Assembly (NCBI GenBank): GCA_020722885.1
Contig: DYJZ01000003.1
Coordinates: 1 to 53,540, forward strand
DNA from: Thermoanaerobaculum aquaticum
Lineage (GTDB): Bacteria > Acidobacteriota > UBA4820
Direction: 5' to 3'
Length of the DNA: 53,540 nucleotides
The position numbers were made by a program, and so were the translations under genes. Below the pieces are notes generated by a model. The model did no database searches, had not been told where the DNA came from, and saw only the letters and a program-made list of their open reading frames with translations. The first letter of the stretch is position 1; the number at the start of each line of letters is the position of its first letter. Below, piece by piece: positions 11,034 through 21,048 of the stretch.

Positions 11034-11874
11034 AATGGCGGGATCTTGGCAGAAAACTAGCCGTGAGGTTTCGGGAGCACCTTTAGATTCGGGAACATCT
11101 TTAGATTCTATTTTTGTGGTTTTACAGGCTACAGGTATGGACCGATCTTTATTTACCACTAATGGCACTATCGATAAAGCTAAACTAGTTGTTCTACTGG
11201 AAAAAGAATATGGTAAATATGGTCCCAAAAATGGTGGTTGGAGCGCCTTCGTTGATAGTTTAATAGAACTGAGTCAAAATCAAGCAAACGTTTCATTAGA
11301 CTACCAAAAAGCCCAAAAAGCCGCAGGTTTAACAGCTACGTTGGAAGAATCAATAGCAGCAAAGCTCGATGACGAGGCTGCAAAATCTACATCTCGAAAA
11401 GAGAAAATCCGTTTAGAAAATGAAGCTGCAAAACATGAAGGTTCAGCTACCTTTAATCGCACGAAAGAGAAAGCTACATGTCCTGAAGAAATAGCCAGAA
11501 TTGATAAGGACGAAAAACACTTTCTTTTCTTAATCGAAACGAATCAACTTAAAACTGCAGAAGACATTAGGAATTACATGCTCTCTACTTCTTACGCGTC
11601 GGAATTCAAAACTGTTGTTTCTGAGGTCAACCAAATAATATCTCAACTTACTGCCGAAGTGGGGCATAGTGCGGCAAGCCGACAGGAAAACTTAGGCATC
11701 CAATCGACAGAGGAAGGCATAAAGAGTGGCACAGAAAAAAGCACTGAAAAGGAAACCGCAATTGGTCCACTTCTAGATACTGGTGAAGCTGAGACCGAAA
11801 AAGGAAAAAAGAGCGACAAGAAGCCTCTGTGGGCCGAGTATATTCCAAAGAAGAACCACACGGAAGCTTCTTAG
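11023..11874 (+). CDS. Hypothetical helical protein
   Basis: 283-codon ORF overlapping the upstream stop, with no recognisable motif. Confidence 0.7.
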   Translation: MANRMAGSWQKTSREVSGAPLDSGTSLDSIFVVLQATGMDRSLFTTNGTIDKAKLVVLLEKEYGKYGPKNGGWSAFVDSLIELSQNQANVSLDYQKAQKAAGLTATLEESIAAKLDDEAAKSTSRKEKIRLENEAAKHEGSATFNRTKEKATCPEEIARIDKDEKHFLFLIETNQLKTAEDIRNYMLSTSYASEFKTVVSEVNQIISQLTAEVGHSAASRQENLGIQSTEEGIKSGTEKSTEKETAIGPLLDTGEAETEKGKKSDKKPLWAEYIPKKNHTEAS

Positions 11875-11904
11875 TTTCTATTAAGCTTGGAAAGGTGTTT
11901 TCAA

Positions 11905-12549
11905 ATGAAATTCTTCCTGGATTCAGCGAATGTGGAAAAAATCAAGAATGCAGTAGGATTAGGGCTGTGCGACGGCGTTACTACTAATCCAACGATAATA
12001 ATGAAGGAGGGAAAGGAGCAGAAATCCGTAATTTTGGAAATAGCAAAAATAATGAAGGGCCCGCTCAGCGTGGAAGGGATAGGGGAAACCGCTGAGCAGA
12101 TGGTAAAGGACGGGGAGGAATTCGCGAAATGGGCTCCTAATGCGGTTGTGAAGATTCCGATGACCGCGGAAGGGCTGAAGGCGGTAAGGATTCTGGAGAA
12201 AAAAGGGATAAAGACAAACGTTACTTTGGTATTTTCCGCTTCACAGGCGCTTCTTGCAGCAAAGGCAGGCGCATCTTTTGTCTCTCCTTTTGTCGGAAGA
12301 TTGGACGATATTGGGCAGGATGGGATGAAAGTAGTTGAGGATATCGCCCAGATTTACAGGAATTACGGATTCAAGACCGAAATAATAGTGGCTTCGGTAA
12401 GAAGCACAGCCCATGTGGAACGGGCTGCGAAATGCGGCGCACATATAGCTACAATTCCCCCTAAAGTGTTCGAGGAGATGTTTAGGCACCAGCTTACTGA
12501 CAGGGGAATAGCCAGGTTTTTGGAAGATTACAAAAAAGCCAAAAAATAG
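11905..12549 (+). CDS. tal: Transaldolase (short TalC/FSA-type family)
   Basis: FFLDSAN, DGVTTNPT, VVKIP (Schiff-base Lys) and TNVTL motifs. SVE and SPFVGR (Glu/Phe) indicate transaldolase rather than FSA. Confidence 0.93.
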   Translation: MKFFLDSANVEKIKNAVGLGLCDGVTTNPTIIMKEGKEQKSVILEIAKIMKGPLSVEGIGETAEQMVKDGEEFAKWAPNAVVKIPMTAEGLKAVRILEKKGIKTNVTLVFSASQALLAAKAGASFVSPFVGRLDDIGQDGMKVVEDIAQIYRNYGFKTEIIVASVRSTAHVERAAKCGAHIATIPPKVFEEMFRHQLTDRGIARFLEDYKKAKK

Positions 12550-12569
12550 CCTCCTTTTAAGCTCAATCC

Positions 12570-12624
12570 AAACCTTTTTATACATCTTTGCCTAAATTAG
12601 TTATTAGTTGATAACTAAAGGTGA
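12570..12624 (+). promoter_or_regulatory. Archaeal-type BRE/TATA box, operator palindrome and GGTGA RBS
   Basis: AAACC-TTTTTATA (12570-12582), perfect inverted repeat TTAGTTAT-6-ATAACTAA (12597-12618) and AGGTGA (12619-12624). Confidence 0.55.
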
Positions 12625-12629
12625 TTAAT

Positions 12630-12905
12630 ATGACTAAAGGAGTGCAGATAACAATCCAGCATTCGCCCACTCTCAATACAGTGCTCATGGTTGAAAATGC
12701 CATAAGGAACGCAAAGTACAGCGTGGTTACGGTCGCGCAGATAAAGAGGATGCTTCCGAAGCAGGTCAACCACAATACGCTCATGACGGTGCTTGCATAC
12801 CTCGAGGAGAGCAACAAGATAGCTGTAACCCTTAAAGGGATAACCTGGATTCACAATCCGAACCCGAACCTGAGAAAAGCGATTGCAAAGGGAATGGAAA
12901 TATGA
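12630..12905 (+). CDS. Small winged-helix-like protein, putative antitoxin of a DPANN-archaeal gene pair
   Basis: HSPTLNTVLMVE...LPKQV...LAYLEESNKI...GITWI resembles small proteins I recall from Woesearchaeota/Micrarchaeota. ATGA overlap with the next ORF. Confidence 0.65.
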   Translation: MTKGVQITIQHSPTLNTVLMVENAIRNAKYSVVTVAQIKRMLPKQVNHNTLMTVLAYLEESNKIAVTLKGITWIHNPNPNLRKAIAKGMEI

Positions 12906-13036
12906 AAACAGTAAGGTTGTGTTCCCCTGAAGCCGAGGAGGTTTACAAATATTTGAATGAGCATGCTGCGCACTCCAAGAGCGAGCGAACATTCCTCAAC
13001 GCAGTAAACAAGAAAATCGAATTAATGAAACAATGA
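12902..13036 (+). pseudogene. Truncated partner gene (putative RelE-like toxin N-terminus, 44 aa)
   Basis: MKTVRLCSPEAEEVYKYLNEHAAHSKSERTFLNAVNKKIELMKQ*. Translationally coupled to the upstream gene and stops exactly where repeat DNA begins. Confidence 0.55.
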
Positions 13037-13145
13037 GAGTCAGGACTTTAGTCTTGAATTGTCAAGTCTGAAACTGTAGTATCTATCTATAAAATAAAGC
13101 TATTCCTGGATTGCTAGGAAGCCTGAAACCTGTCATTCCGACTAC
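13037..13145. repeat. Degenerate second hairpin family (GTAG-REP/IS200-end-like)
   Basis: TCAGGACT-TT-AGTCTTGA hairpin at 13040-13057, and TTCCTGG..CTAGGAA. Confidence 0.4.
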
Positions 13146-13189
13146 ATCTTAGAAGCATTGACAAAGAAAGGAATCTTCCTCACTTCCAA

Positions 13190-13270
13190 AATAAGGAAGA
13201 TTGCTTCGAAAGACAAGGCTACGAAGGAGCACTCTCAATGACAGGTTACCTCTGCTCGCAATGACTGCTA
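13190..13270 (-). repeat. REP-like cluster (- orientation)
   Basis: GGAAGATTGCTTCG..CGAAGGAGCACTCTCAATGAC..CTCGCAATGAC. Confidence 0.8.
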
Positions 13271-13325
13271 AAAACTTAAAAATGAATTTGTATTGCTGCC
13301 TTTGCTCCTCAAAAGTTTCAAATGT

Positions 13326-13373
13326 TGTGGACTTCCACATTTTCTTGACTTTTTTGGGTTTTGCCTGTAATAT
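13326..13373 (+). promoter_or_regulatory. ackA-pta promoter with upstream palindrome
   Basis: TGTGGA-CT-TCCACA (13326-13339), then TTGACT-17-TAATAT (13345-13373). Confidence 0.5.
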
Positions 13374-13465
13374 AGGAACTCTTCCTGATGAGAAGTTTTT
13401 AAACTCAGAAGGAAACTTTTTATGGCTTTAAATCGCAATAAATTATTTTTTGAGGGGGAAGGAAT

Positions 13466-14713
13466 ATGAATGTTTTTGTTTTAAACACAGGAAGTTCTTC
13501 AGTTAAATTTCAGATTATCACAACCGATCTTGACCTTTTTGAGAATGACGCAGATGAAATGGTAGCAAAAGGTCTAATTGAAAGAATTGGAAAGGAAGAT
13601 GCAATTTTCACTTTAGAGGCAATTGGAAGTGAGCCCGTAAGAGGAACAGAATCAATACACGACCACAGAGAGGCAATTCTTAAAATCAAAAATTGGGTAG
13701 AATCAAAAGAGACAAAAATTAAAGGTGTTAATGGATGGAAAGACATTAACGCAGTAGGGCACAGACTTGTTCACGGTGGTGAAAAGTTTACAAGGTCTGT
13801 TCTCATTACTCCTGAAGTTATTGAGAAGATGGAGGAATGCTCAGACCTTGCTCCTTTGCATAACCCTGCAAATCTGAAGGGTGTTGCAGCCTGTTCTGAA
13901 ATTTTTCCTTCAACCATTCCTCAGGTTGGAGTTTTTGATACAGCCTTCCATTCCACTATGCCTGAAGAGTCCTACCTTTATTCAATCCCTTACGAATTTT
14001 ATGAAAAATACAGAATCAGAAGATACGGCTTCCATGGTACATCGCACAGGTATGTGGCATACAGATACAGAAAATTAACTCAAACCCCACGAGAAAAAAC
14101 AAACATAATTACAATTCATCTCGGTAATGGTTCTTCAATGACTGCAATAAAAAATGGATATTCAATCTTCAACAGTATGGGAATGACCCCTGTGGAAGGT
14201 CTGATTATGGGGACAAGAAGTGGAGATATTGATGCAGGAATTATTGAATATCTCTACAGAAAGGGAATGGGAGAGCTTCCCGATATAATGAATATCCTTC
14301 AGAAGAAGAGTGGAATGCTTGGTATTTCAGGAATTAGCAATGATATGAGAGATATAGAAAAAGCGGCTGCAGATGGGAACAAAAGGGCTCAACTTGCCCT
14401 TAAAATGTTCGCTTTCAGAGTAAAGAAATACATAGGTGCCTGTTTTGCCCAGATGGGTGGCACTGACGCTATTATTTTTACCGGTGGCATAGGTGAAAAC
14501 GATGTTCTTTCGAGGGAAATGATATGTGAAGGGCTGGAATGCCTCGGAATAATACTCGACAAAAACCTTAATAATCAGGCACAGAAGGGCAAATGTATGA
14601 GAATTTCAAAAGAGGAGAGTTCCTGTCATATTTGGGTAATTCCAACAAATGAAGAACTTGTAATTGCAAGAGACACTGTGAGAGTTGTAAAAGATGCTCC
14701 GAGAGAATGGTAG
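13466..14713 (+). CDS. ackA: Acetate kinase
   Basis: VLNTGSSSVKF, GHRLVHGG, LAPLHN, VFDTAFH, RYGFHGTSH, HLGNGSS and PTNEE motifs. Confidence 0.97.
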   Translation: MNVFVLNTGSSSVKFQIITTDLDLFENDADEMVAKGLIERIGKEDAIFTLEAIGSEPVRGTESIHDHREAILKIKNWVESKETKIKGVNGWKDINAVGHRLVHGGEKFTRSVLITPEVIEKMEECSDLAPLHNPANLKGVAACSEIFPSTIPQVGVFDTAFHSTMPEESYLYSIPYEFYEKYRIRRYGFHGTSHRYVAYRYRKLTQTPREKTNIITIHLGNGSSMTAIKNGYSIFNSMGMTPVEGLIMGTRSGDIDAGIIEYLYRKGMGELPDIMNILQKKSGMLGISGISNDMRDIEKAAADGNKRAQLALKMFAFRVKKYIGACFAQMGGTDAIIFTGGIGENDVLSREMICEGLECLGIILDKNLNNQAQKGKCMRISKEESSCHIWVIPTNEELVIARDTVRVVKDAPREW

Positions 14714-14722
14714 GAAGAAGAA

Positions 14723-15703
14723 ATGGCTGAAAATAATTTTGTAAAATCAATAAGAGAAAAGGCTTCAAAAAGATTCCTTAAGGTGGCTTTTCCAGATGCT
14801 GAAGACCTGAGAACTTTGGTTTGTGCAAGAACATTAATTGAAGAAAAAATAGGTGTTCCTGTTTTAGTAGGAAGTAGCGAAACAATTTTTAAAGTTGCAA
14901 ATGAAAACAGTGTGGATATTAAAGAAATTGAAATCATCGACCCCTTAAAGTCAGATTTAAGGAAGCAATTTTCAACTCTTCTTTTTGAAAAAAGAAAGTC
15001 AAAAGAAATGACTTACAATCAGGCAGAAGAAGCCACAAAAAATCCTCTCTACTTCAGCGGTTTGTTGCTTGCGACAAACAGAGTGGATGAAGTAGTGGGT
15101 GGAAATGTCTCCTCTACAGGAGATATATTAAGAGCCGCAATCCATACAGTAGGTTTTGCAGAGGGGATTAAGACCGTATCAAGTTATTTTATTATGGTTT
15201 TAAAAGAGAGAATGCTATGCTTTGCCGACTGTGCCGTAATTCCTGACCCAACAAATGAACAACTTGCCGACATTGCAATAACTTCTGCAAAAAGTTTTGC
15301 GGCAGTAACAGGTCTTGAGCCAAAAATTGCAATGCTCTCTTTCTCAACAAAAGGGTCTGCAAAACATCCGAGTGTTGATAAAGTTTTAAGCGCTGTTGAT
15401 ATTGTCAAAAAGAGGGCTCCTGAGCTTCTTGTTGATGGAGAAATGCAGGCAGATGCCGCATTGATTCCTTCCATCGGAGAAAGGAAATGCAAGGGAAGTC
15501 CTGTGGCAGGACAGGCAAATGTTCTTATTTTTCCAGACCTCGATGCAGGTAACATTTCATATAAACTTGTTGAAAGACTTGCTGGCGCCCTTGCTGTTGG
15601 ACCAATTATTCAGGGATTGGCTAAACCCTATTGCGACCTATCGAGAGGGTGTTCTTCTGATGATATGGTAAATGTCGCCGCCTTATGCTCATTGATGGTA
15701 TAA
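14723..15703 (+). CDS. pta: Phosphate acetyltransferase (short form)
   Basis: [34 protein letters not shown] and DLSRG motifs. Confidence 0.96.
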   Translation: MAENNFVKSIREKASKRFLKVAFPDAEDLRTLVCARTLIEEKIGVPVLVGSSETIFKVANENSVDIKEIEIIDPLKSDLRKQFSTLLFEKRKSKEMTYNQAEEATKNPLYFSGLLLATNRVDEVVGGNVSSTGDILRAAIHTVGFAEGIKTVSSYFIMVLKERMLCFADCAVIPDPTNEQLADIAITSAKSFAAVTGLEPKIAMLSFSTKGSAKHPSVDKVLSAVDIVKKRAPELLVDGEMQADAALIPSIGERKCKGSPVAGQANVLIFPDLDAGNISYKLVERLAGALAVGPIIQGLAKPYCDLSRGCSSDDMVNVAALCSLMV

Positions 15704-15713
15704 AGGAGATGAA

Positions 15714-16502
15714 ATGAATAGAACTATTTTAACGATAGGCCCCTTTGATTCCAGCGGAGCAACCGGGATTATAGCAGACATCAAGACTTTTCAAACATTC
15801 AGAGTTTACGGTGCTCCTGTTGCCACAAGCGTAATTGCTCAGAATACTCAGGGAATTCAGGCGGTTTTTCCAGTACCTATGGAATTTGTGGGACAGCAAA
15901 TAGAGGCGATTGTTTCTGATATGCCTCTTCATGGGGTAAAGTTAGGTTTTTTGTCTTCTTCATCAAATATCGAAATTATTGCCTCTCTATTAAATGCCTT
16001 GAAGATAAAAGCCCCCATTATGCTTGACCCTGTTATTTATAATCACGAGGGGCAACGACTTCTGCAGCCTGATGGAGTGGAGGCACTTAAAGGGAAACTT
16101 ATTCCTCTTTGCTTTGCTATTACCCCAAACACTGCTGAAGCCAAAGAGCTAAGCGGAGTGGAAATTACTGATATAAACAGCGCAAAAGAGGCAGCAAAAG
16201 TAATTTATCAGCTCGGAGCAAAGAATGTTGTGATAACTGGAGGAGACCTGAAGGAAGTAAGGGCTCTTGATTTGTGGTATGACGGTTCCCACTTTCATAT
16301 TTTTGAAGCGCCGAGAATCTCTTCAAAAAACACCTTAGGCCTTGGGGCTACTTTTTCGTCAATCATCATAGCCCTGATTGCAAGAGGGCTATCAATGGGT
16401 GAAAGCATAGAAAAAGCAAAACAGTATATTGCAAAGGCGATGCAGCATCCTTTCCAGATTGGAAAAGGGCTTGGACCTCTCAACCACACAATTCCGATGT
16501 GA
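15714..16502 (+). CDS. thiD: Hydroxymethylpyrimidine/phosphomethylpyrimidine kinase (divergent)
   Basis: DSSGATGIIADIKT, AQNT, LDPV, ITPN and GKGLGPLNH motifs. Confidence 0.85.
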   Translation: MNRTILTIGPFDSSGATGIIADIKTFQTFRVYGAPVATSVIAQNTQGIQAVFPVPMEFVGQQIEAIVSDMPLHGVKLGFLSSSSNIEIIASLLNALKIKAPIMLDPVIYNHEGQRLLQPDGVEALKGKLIPLCFAITPNTAEAKELSGVEITDINSAKEAAKVIYQLGAKNVVITGGDLKEVRALDLWYDGSHFHIFEAPRISSKNTLGLGATFSSIIIALIARGLSMGESIEKAKQYIAKAMQHPFQIGKGLGPLNHTIPM

Positions 16503-17409
16503 CCCTCTTTTGCAGGAATAAAAGATAATCTTTCAAATTTTCACTTTTTACAACTTTCTCTCCAAGAAGTTCATTGAGATAAGAAACGGTTCTTTTAACG
16601 GAAGTGACATATCTAACTTTTTTTCGATAGACAATTTGAAAACCGAATGTTCCAAGTGCTTTGAGGGCTCTTTGTAAAGCAGTTTTTAAAAATTCTCCTT
16701 CTGTCGCATTAAAAATTTTGAGAGCCCTATTTTTAACGGATTGCCTTGCACTTTCCGGGAAATCAAAGTAACCATCCACATACAGGGAAGCATAATCATA
16801 AGTTCTTGGAGCCATCAAGGCGTCCTGATAATCCAGAATAAAAACATTTTCCCCATCAGATACTATATTTTCACTGTGGTAGTCTCTGTGACAGAATGAT
16901 TTTGGAAATGAATCTATCTCTTCAGCAAACAGATGGATTTCTCTTCTAATTTCCTCTCCAACATTTTGATTTGCAAAAACTTCGCAAAAGTGTAAAATAA
17001 AAAAATCTAATTCATATATAATCCTTTTCAGACCAAGAGTTAAAATATTTAAGTTTTTAAGAGAGTCTTCTTTTATTAAAGAAAATTTTTCTGCCTGAGA
17101 GAGAATCAGTTCAAAAACTTTTTCGCGGCAGCCTGATTTTGAAATCAGATTTCCATTTGCAAACTCGGTTACCAAGAAGGAATAATCTCCTTGCGGTAAA
17201 TAAATTATTTGAGGGACAGATATTTCGTTTTTCAAAAGAATTTGGGTAAGTCTATAGAAAGAGTCTCTTTCATCTTTTCCTCCTTCAAAATCTATAAGAA
17301 GAGACTTTTTTCCCTCCCATTTTCCAACATAAAATTTTTTTGTCGAGGCATGCGCCTTCAAAGGCACAAATTCCCCTTTTAAAATAATTTCAGAGAGGGA
17401 TTGTGTCAT
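16480..17409 (-). CDS. Aminoglycoside-phosphotransferase family kinase (AmgK-like)
   Basis: HRDYHSENI, LDYQDA and QRALKALGTFG motifs. Confidence 0.8.
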   Translation of the reverse strand: MTQSLSEIILKGEFVPLKAHASTKKFYVGKWEGKKSLLIDFEGGKDERDSFYRLTQILLKNEISVPQIIYLPQGDYSFLVTEFANGNLISKSGCREKVFELILSQAEKFSLIKEDSLKNLNILTLGLKRIIYELDFFILHFCEVFANQNVGEEIRREIHLFAEEIDSFPKSFCHRDYHSENIVSDGENVFILDYQDALMAPRTYDYASLYVDGYFDFPESARQSVKNRALKIFNATEGEFLKTALQRALKALGTFGFQIVYRKKVRYVTSVKRTVSYLNELLGEKVVKSENLKDYLLFLQKRVTSELCG

Positions 17410-18050
17410 CAGTTATTTATTGTTTCTATCTCTTTCAAAAGTTTTTCAGCTTTTTCGGCGGCATCAGAGAAGGGGTAATTCTCCTTAACTTCCTTTAAAA
17501 TTTCAACTCTTTTTTTATTATCGCCAAGTTGTCCGGCACAAAGTGCTGTTTTGTACATAGCATCAGGCACCTTGTTCCCGAAAGGAAAATGCTCTACCAC
17601 GCCTTCAAATGTCTCTTTTGCCTCTTTATATTTTTTTTCACTGTAAAGGCATTCTCCAAGCCAATATTGTGCATTGTCGGCAAGATCACTTTGTGGAAAA
17701 TCTCTTACAAATTGCGCAAAAGAGGTTTCTGCCTCTTCAAGCTTGCCTTCCTTCATAAGTTGCAACCCTTTTTCATATAACGTTGCCGGATCCGATGACA
17801 GGTTTCCAGAATCTTCAATAGCAATCTTTTCTAAATCAACATTTTTTTCAATTTCATTTGACCTTGAAATCTCACTTTTGGTTAATGCATCAATTTTTCT
17901 GGCAAGTTCCTCCTGTTGCCTGGTTAGCTGTTGAACATCCTGGCTCAAACGGTCAACAGACCTTTGAATTTCAGAAGGAGGTTCAAGCATAGAAGCACAT
18001 CCCGCAAAAAAAATCAAAGTGGCTATCAATAATGTCAAACGAATTACCAT
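17409..18050 (-). CDS. cpoB: Tol-Pal TPR lipoprotein CpoB/YbgF
   Basis: Lipobox FAGC, coiled coil, LADNAQYWLGE and KVPDAMYK. Confidence 0.88.
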   Translation of the reverse strand: MVIRLTLLIATLIFFAGCASMLEPPSEIQRSVDRLSQDVQQLTRQQEELARKIDALTKSEISRSNEIEKNVDLEKIAIEDSGNLSSDPATLYEKGLQLMKEGKLEEAETSFAQFVRDFPQSDLADNAQYWLGECLYSEKKYKEAKETFEGVVEHFPFGNKVPDAMYKTALCAGQLGDNKKRVEILKEVKENYPFSDAAEKAEKLLKEIETINN

Positions 18051-18053
18051 TTT

Positions 18054-19151
18054 TTATTCTCCCTTGAATATCCTTTTAAAAAAAGATTCCTTTTTTTCAG
18101 ACTTTTTCATCTCAAGTTCATAAAGTTTTTGCCATAGTTCTTTTTCTTCTTTTGAAATTTTGTGAGGAGTTAGCAGGTTCACTTCAACAAAAAGGTCTCC
18201 ATTTCTTCTTCCGTTTATAGATGGAAGACCCATTCCTTCAATTCTAAAAATTTTTCCATTTTGTGTATTTTCTGGTATTTTCACTTTTTTCTTTTTGCCT
18301 TCAAGTGTTGTTATCTCATATTCAGTACCCAAAACCGCTTCCGGAAGGGATATGTTTATTTTGCAAAGCAAATCGGACCCTTTTCTTTTAAAAATAGGAT
18401 GCTCTTTTACGAAAACTGCTATATACAAATCACCCCTTCTTCCGCCTCTCAGGCCCATCTCTCCCTGGCCGGAAACCTTAAGCATTGTTCCATTTTCAAC
18501 TCCTAAAGGTATTTTCACCTTGATTGTTTTTGTCCTGTGAATTTTCCCCGTTCCTTTACAGGAAGAACATTTTTCTTTTGCTATATATCCTTCACCAGCA
18601 CACTGAGGACAGGTTCTGGAAACCGAGAAAAAGCCCTGCTGGTAAAAAATGTTTCCTCTCCCTTCACAGGCAGGACACCTTATCTTTTTTCCCTCCCTGG
18701 CACCGCTTCCGGAACAATCCTCACATATTTCTTCTAAAGGTATCTCTATCTCTTTTTCTAATCCCTTATAAACATCTTCAAGTGTAATTTCAATATCATA
18801 CCTTAAATCCGATCCTTTTTGCGGACCTCTTCTTCTTGAACCCCCAAAAATGTCTCCGAAACCGAAGAAGCTTCCAAAAAGGTCAGAAAAATCGTCAAAA
18901 ATGTCTGAATCCCAATTGATTCCTCCATAATTTCCTACTTTACCGTAAGCATCATATTGTGCCTTTTTCTGGGGGTCCCCGAGCACAGAATATGCCTCTG
19001 ATGCCTTTTTGAACATTTCTTCAGCCTCTTTGTTTCCTGGATTTCTATCAGGATGATATTTTAAAGCCGCTTTTCTATAGGCGGCTTTTATCTCTTCCTG
19101 AGTTGCATCTCTTGAGACGCCAAGAATTTCGTAATAATTTTCTGTGCTCAT
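18054..19151 (-). CDS. dnaJ: Chaperone DnaJ
   Basis: J-domain HPD, G/F region and four CxxCxGxG repeats. Confidence 0.97.
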   Translation of the reverse strand: MSTENYYEILGVSRDATQEEIKAAYRKAALKYHPDRNPGNKEAEEMFKKASEAYSVLGDPQKKAQYDAYGKVGNYGGINWDSDIFDDFSDLFGSFFGFGDIFGGSRRRGPQKGSDLRYDIEITLEDVYKGLEKEIEIPLEEICEDCSGSGAREGKKIRCPACEGRGNIFYQQGFFSVSRTCPQCAGEGYIAKEKCSSCKGTGKIHRTKTIKVKIPLGVENGTMLKVSGQGEMGLRGGRRGDLYIAVFVKEHPIFKRKGSDLLCKINISLPEAVLGTEYEITTLEGKKKKVKIPENTQNGKIFRIEGMGLPSINGRRNGDLFVEVNLLTPHKISKEEKELWQKLYELEMKKSEKKESFFKRIFKGE

Positions 19152-21025
19152 TATTTTTTCTTTTCTTCAGAAGGCTTTTGCTGGCTTTCTCCCGATCCAG
19201 ATTTTATTCCCATCTGAGCAAGAGGATCGTTCATTATGGTCTCGGTTATGACGTGTGAAATATCGCTTAATTCGTAAAATATTTCATTAAGGGTAGATCC
19301 GGAATCACTCAAAATTTCTCTACGAGCTTTTTTGATAGCCTCTTCTGCCTTTTTCTTGGTCTCTGCGTCAAGGATTGTTCCGAATTCAAAAAATGATTTT
19401 TCAATGCTTTCGACAAGTTTTTCAAGTTTCAACTTGAGTTTTTGGATCTCGACTATTCTTCTATCTTCGTCCTCTTTTGATTTTGCGTCTTCAATTATTC
19501 TTTGAATTTCGCTTTCACTGAGCCCTGATGAAGGATTGACAACTATTTTTTGCTCATTTCCTGTCATTAAGTCTTTTGCGTAAACAGAGACTATTCCGTT
19601 TGCATTTATATCAAATGTTACTTCTATCTGGGGAAGACCTTTTGGCGCAGGTGGTATGCCAACAAGCTCAAATTTTCCGAGAGAAATGTTTTCTGATGAG
19701 ATCTCTCTTTCACCTTGAAGAACATGAACTTCAACACTATCCTGGTTATCTGTAACGGTCGTAAATATTCTGCTCTTTTTTGTGGGAATTGCAGAACCCC
19801 TTTCAATGAGTTTGACAAATAGATTTCCTTTTGCCGCTACCCCGAGGCTAAGCGGGATTGAATCTAAAAGAACTATTTCTTTCACATCCCCCTTCAAAAT
19901 TCCTGCCTGAAGAGCAGCACCAAGTGCCACAACTTCATCCGGGTTTTTGTCTCTTCTTGGTTCTTTCTTAAAAATTTCTCTTACTGTCTCAATTACAAGC
20001 GGAGTTCTCGTTTGTCCTCCAACAAGAAGAACTTCGTCTATGTCCGAAACGCTTAATCCAGCAATTTTGAGGGCTTCAAAACAGGGTTCTTTCGTCCTTT
20101 CGACGGTTTCTCTTATTATATTTTCAAATTCAGCTCTCGTTAAAGTTGTCTGAAGGTGTTTTGGACCTGTCTGGTCTGCAGCAATGAAGGGAAGATTTAT
20201 TTCTACACTTTCTCTCACAGAGAGGTCACATTTTGCTCTCTCTGCTGCTTCTTTAAGTCTTTGCAAAGCCATCCTATCACCTGCCAGATTTATATTCGTA
20301 CTTTTCTCAAACCTTTGCATGAGTTCGCGCATAAGAGCCTGATCCATATCCTCGCCACCAAGATAGGTGTCTCCTGAAGTGGCTATAACTTCAAAAAGCC
20401 CTTCGCCGAGACGCATTATTGAAATATCAAATGTTCCTCCCCCCAGATCATAAACTGCAACTGTTTTTGTGTGAGTTTCATCAAGATTAAAAGCAAGACA
20501 GGCTGCCGTCGGCTCATTCAAAATCCTTAACACTTCAAGCCCTGCTATCCTTCCAGCATCTTTTGTTGCCTGCCTTTGTGGGTCTGAAAAGTAAGCAGGT
20601 ACGGTTATAACCGCCTCAGTAACTTCCTCTCCAAAAAACTCTTCAGCGCTTTTTTTAAGCTCAGAAAGGATAAAGGCAGATATTTCCTGAGAACTGAATT
20701 CGGCAGCTGAAGTCCTTATTCTTATATCTCCGTTAGGGGCTTCAACAAGAGTATAAGGAAGAACCTCTCTTGCTTTCTCCATTGTGGGATCTTTATACTT
20801 TTTTCCGATAAGTCTCTTTACAGCATAAATAGTGTTGGTGGGGTTCGTTACCGTCTGCCTTTTTGCAAGGTTTCCAACAAGCCTCTCCCCACTTTCCGTA
20901 AAAGCAACAATTGAAGGAAGAGTCCTTCCGCCCTCCCTCGTTGGAATTATTACAGGTTCGCCACCTTCAGTAAAACCCATACAACTGTTTGTCGTTCCGA
21001 GGTCAATTCCAATGACCCTTCCCAT
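19151..21025 (-). CDS. dnaK: Chaperone DnaK
   Basis: GIDLGTTNS, TVPAYF, DLGGGTFD, NPDEVVA and PQIEVTFD motifs. Confidence 0.97.
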   Translation of the reverse strand: MGRVIGIDLGTTNSCMGFTEGGEPVIIPTREGGRTLPSIVAFTESGERLVGNLAKRQTVTNPTNTIYAVKRLIGKKYKDPTMEKAREVLPYTLVEAPNGDIRIRTSAAEFSSQEISAFILSELKKSAEEFFGEEVTEAVITVPAYFSDPQRQATKDAGRIAGLEVLRILNEPTAACLAFNLDETHTKTVAVYDLGGGTFDISIMRLGEGLFEVIATSGDTYLGGEDMDQALMRELMQRFEKSTNINLAGDRMALQRLKEAAERAKCDLSVRESVEINLPFIAADQTGPKHLQTTLTRAEFENIIRETVERTKEPCFEALKIAGLSVSDIDEVLLVGGQTRTPLVIETVREIFKKEPRRDKNPDEVVALGAALQAGILKGDVKEIVLLDSIPLSLGVAAKGNLFVKLIERGSAIPTKKSRIFTTVTDNQDSVEVHVLQGEREISSENISLGKFELVGIPPAPKGLPQIEVTFDINANGIVSVYAKDLMTGNEQKIVVNPSSGLSESEIQRIIEDAKSKEDEDRRIVEIQKLKLKLEKLVESIEKSFFEFGTILDAETKKKAEEAIKKARREILSDSGSTLNEIFYELSDISHVITETIMNDPLAQMGIKSGSGESQQKPSEEKKK

Positions 21026-21048
21026 TTTTTATCTCTCCTGTTCTCCTC

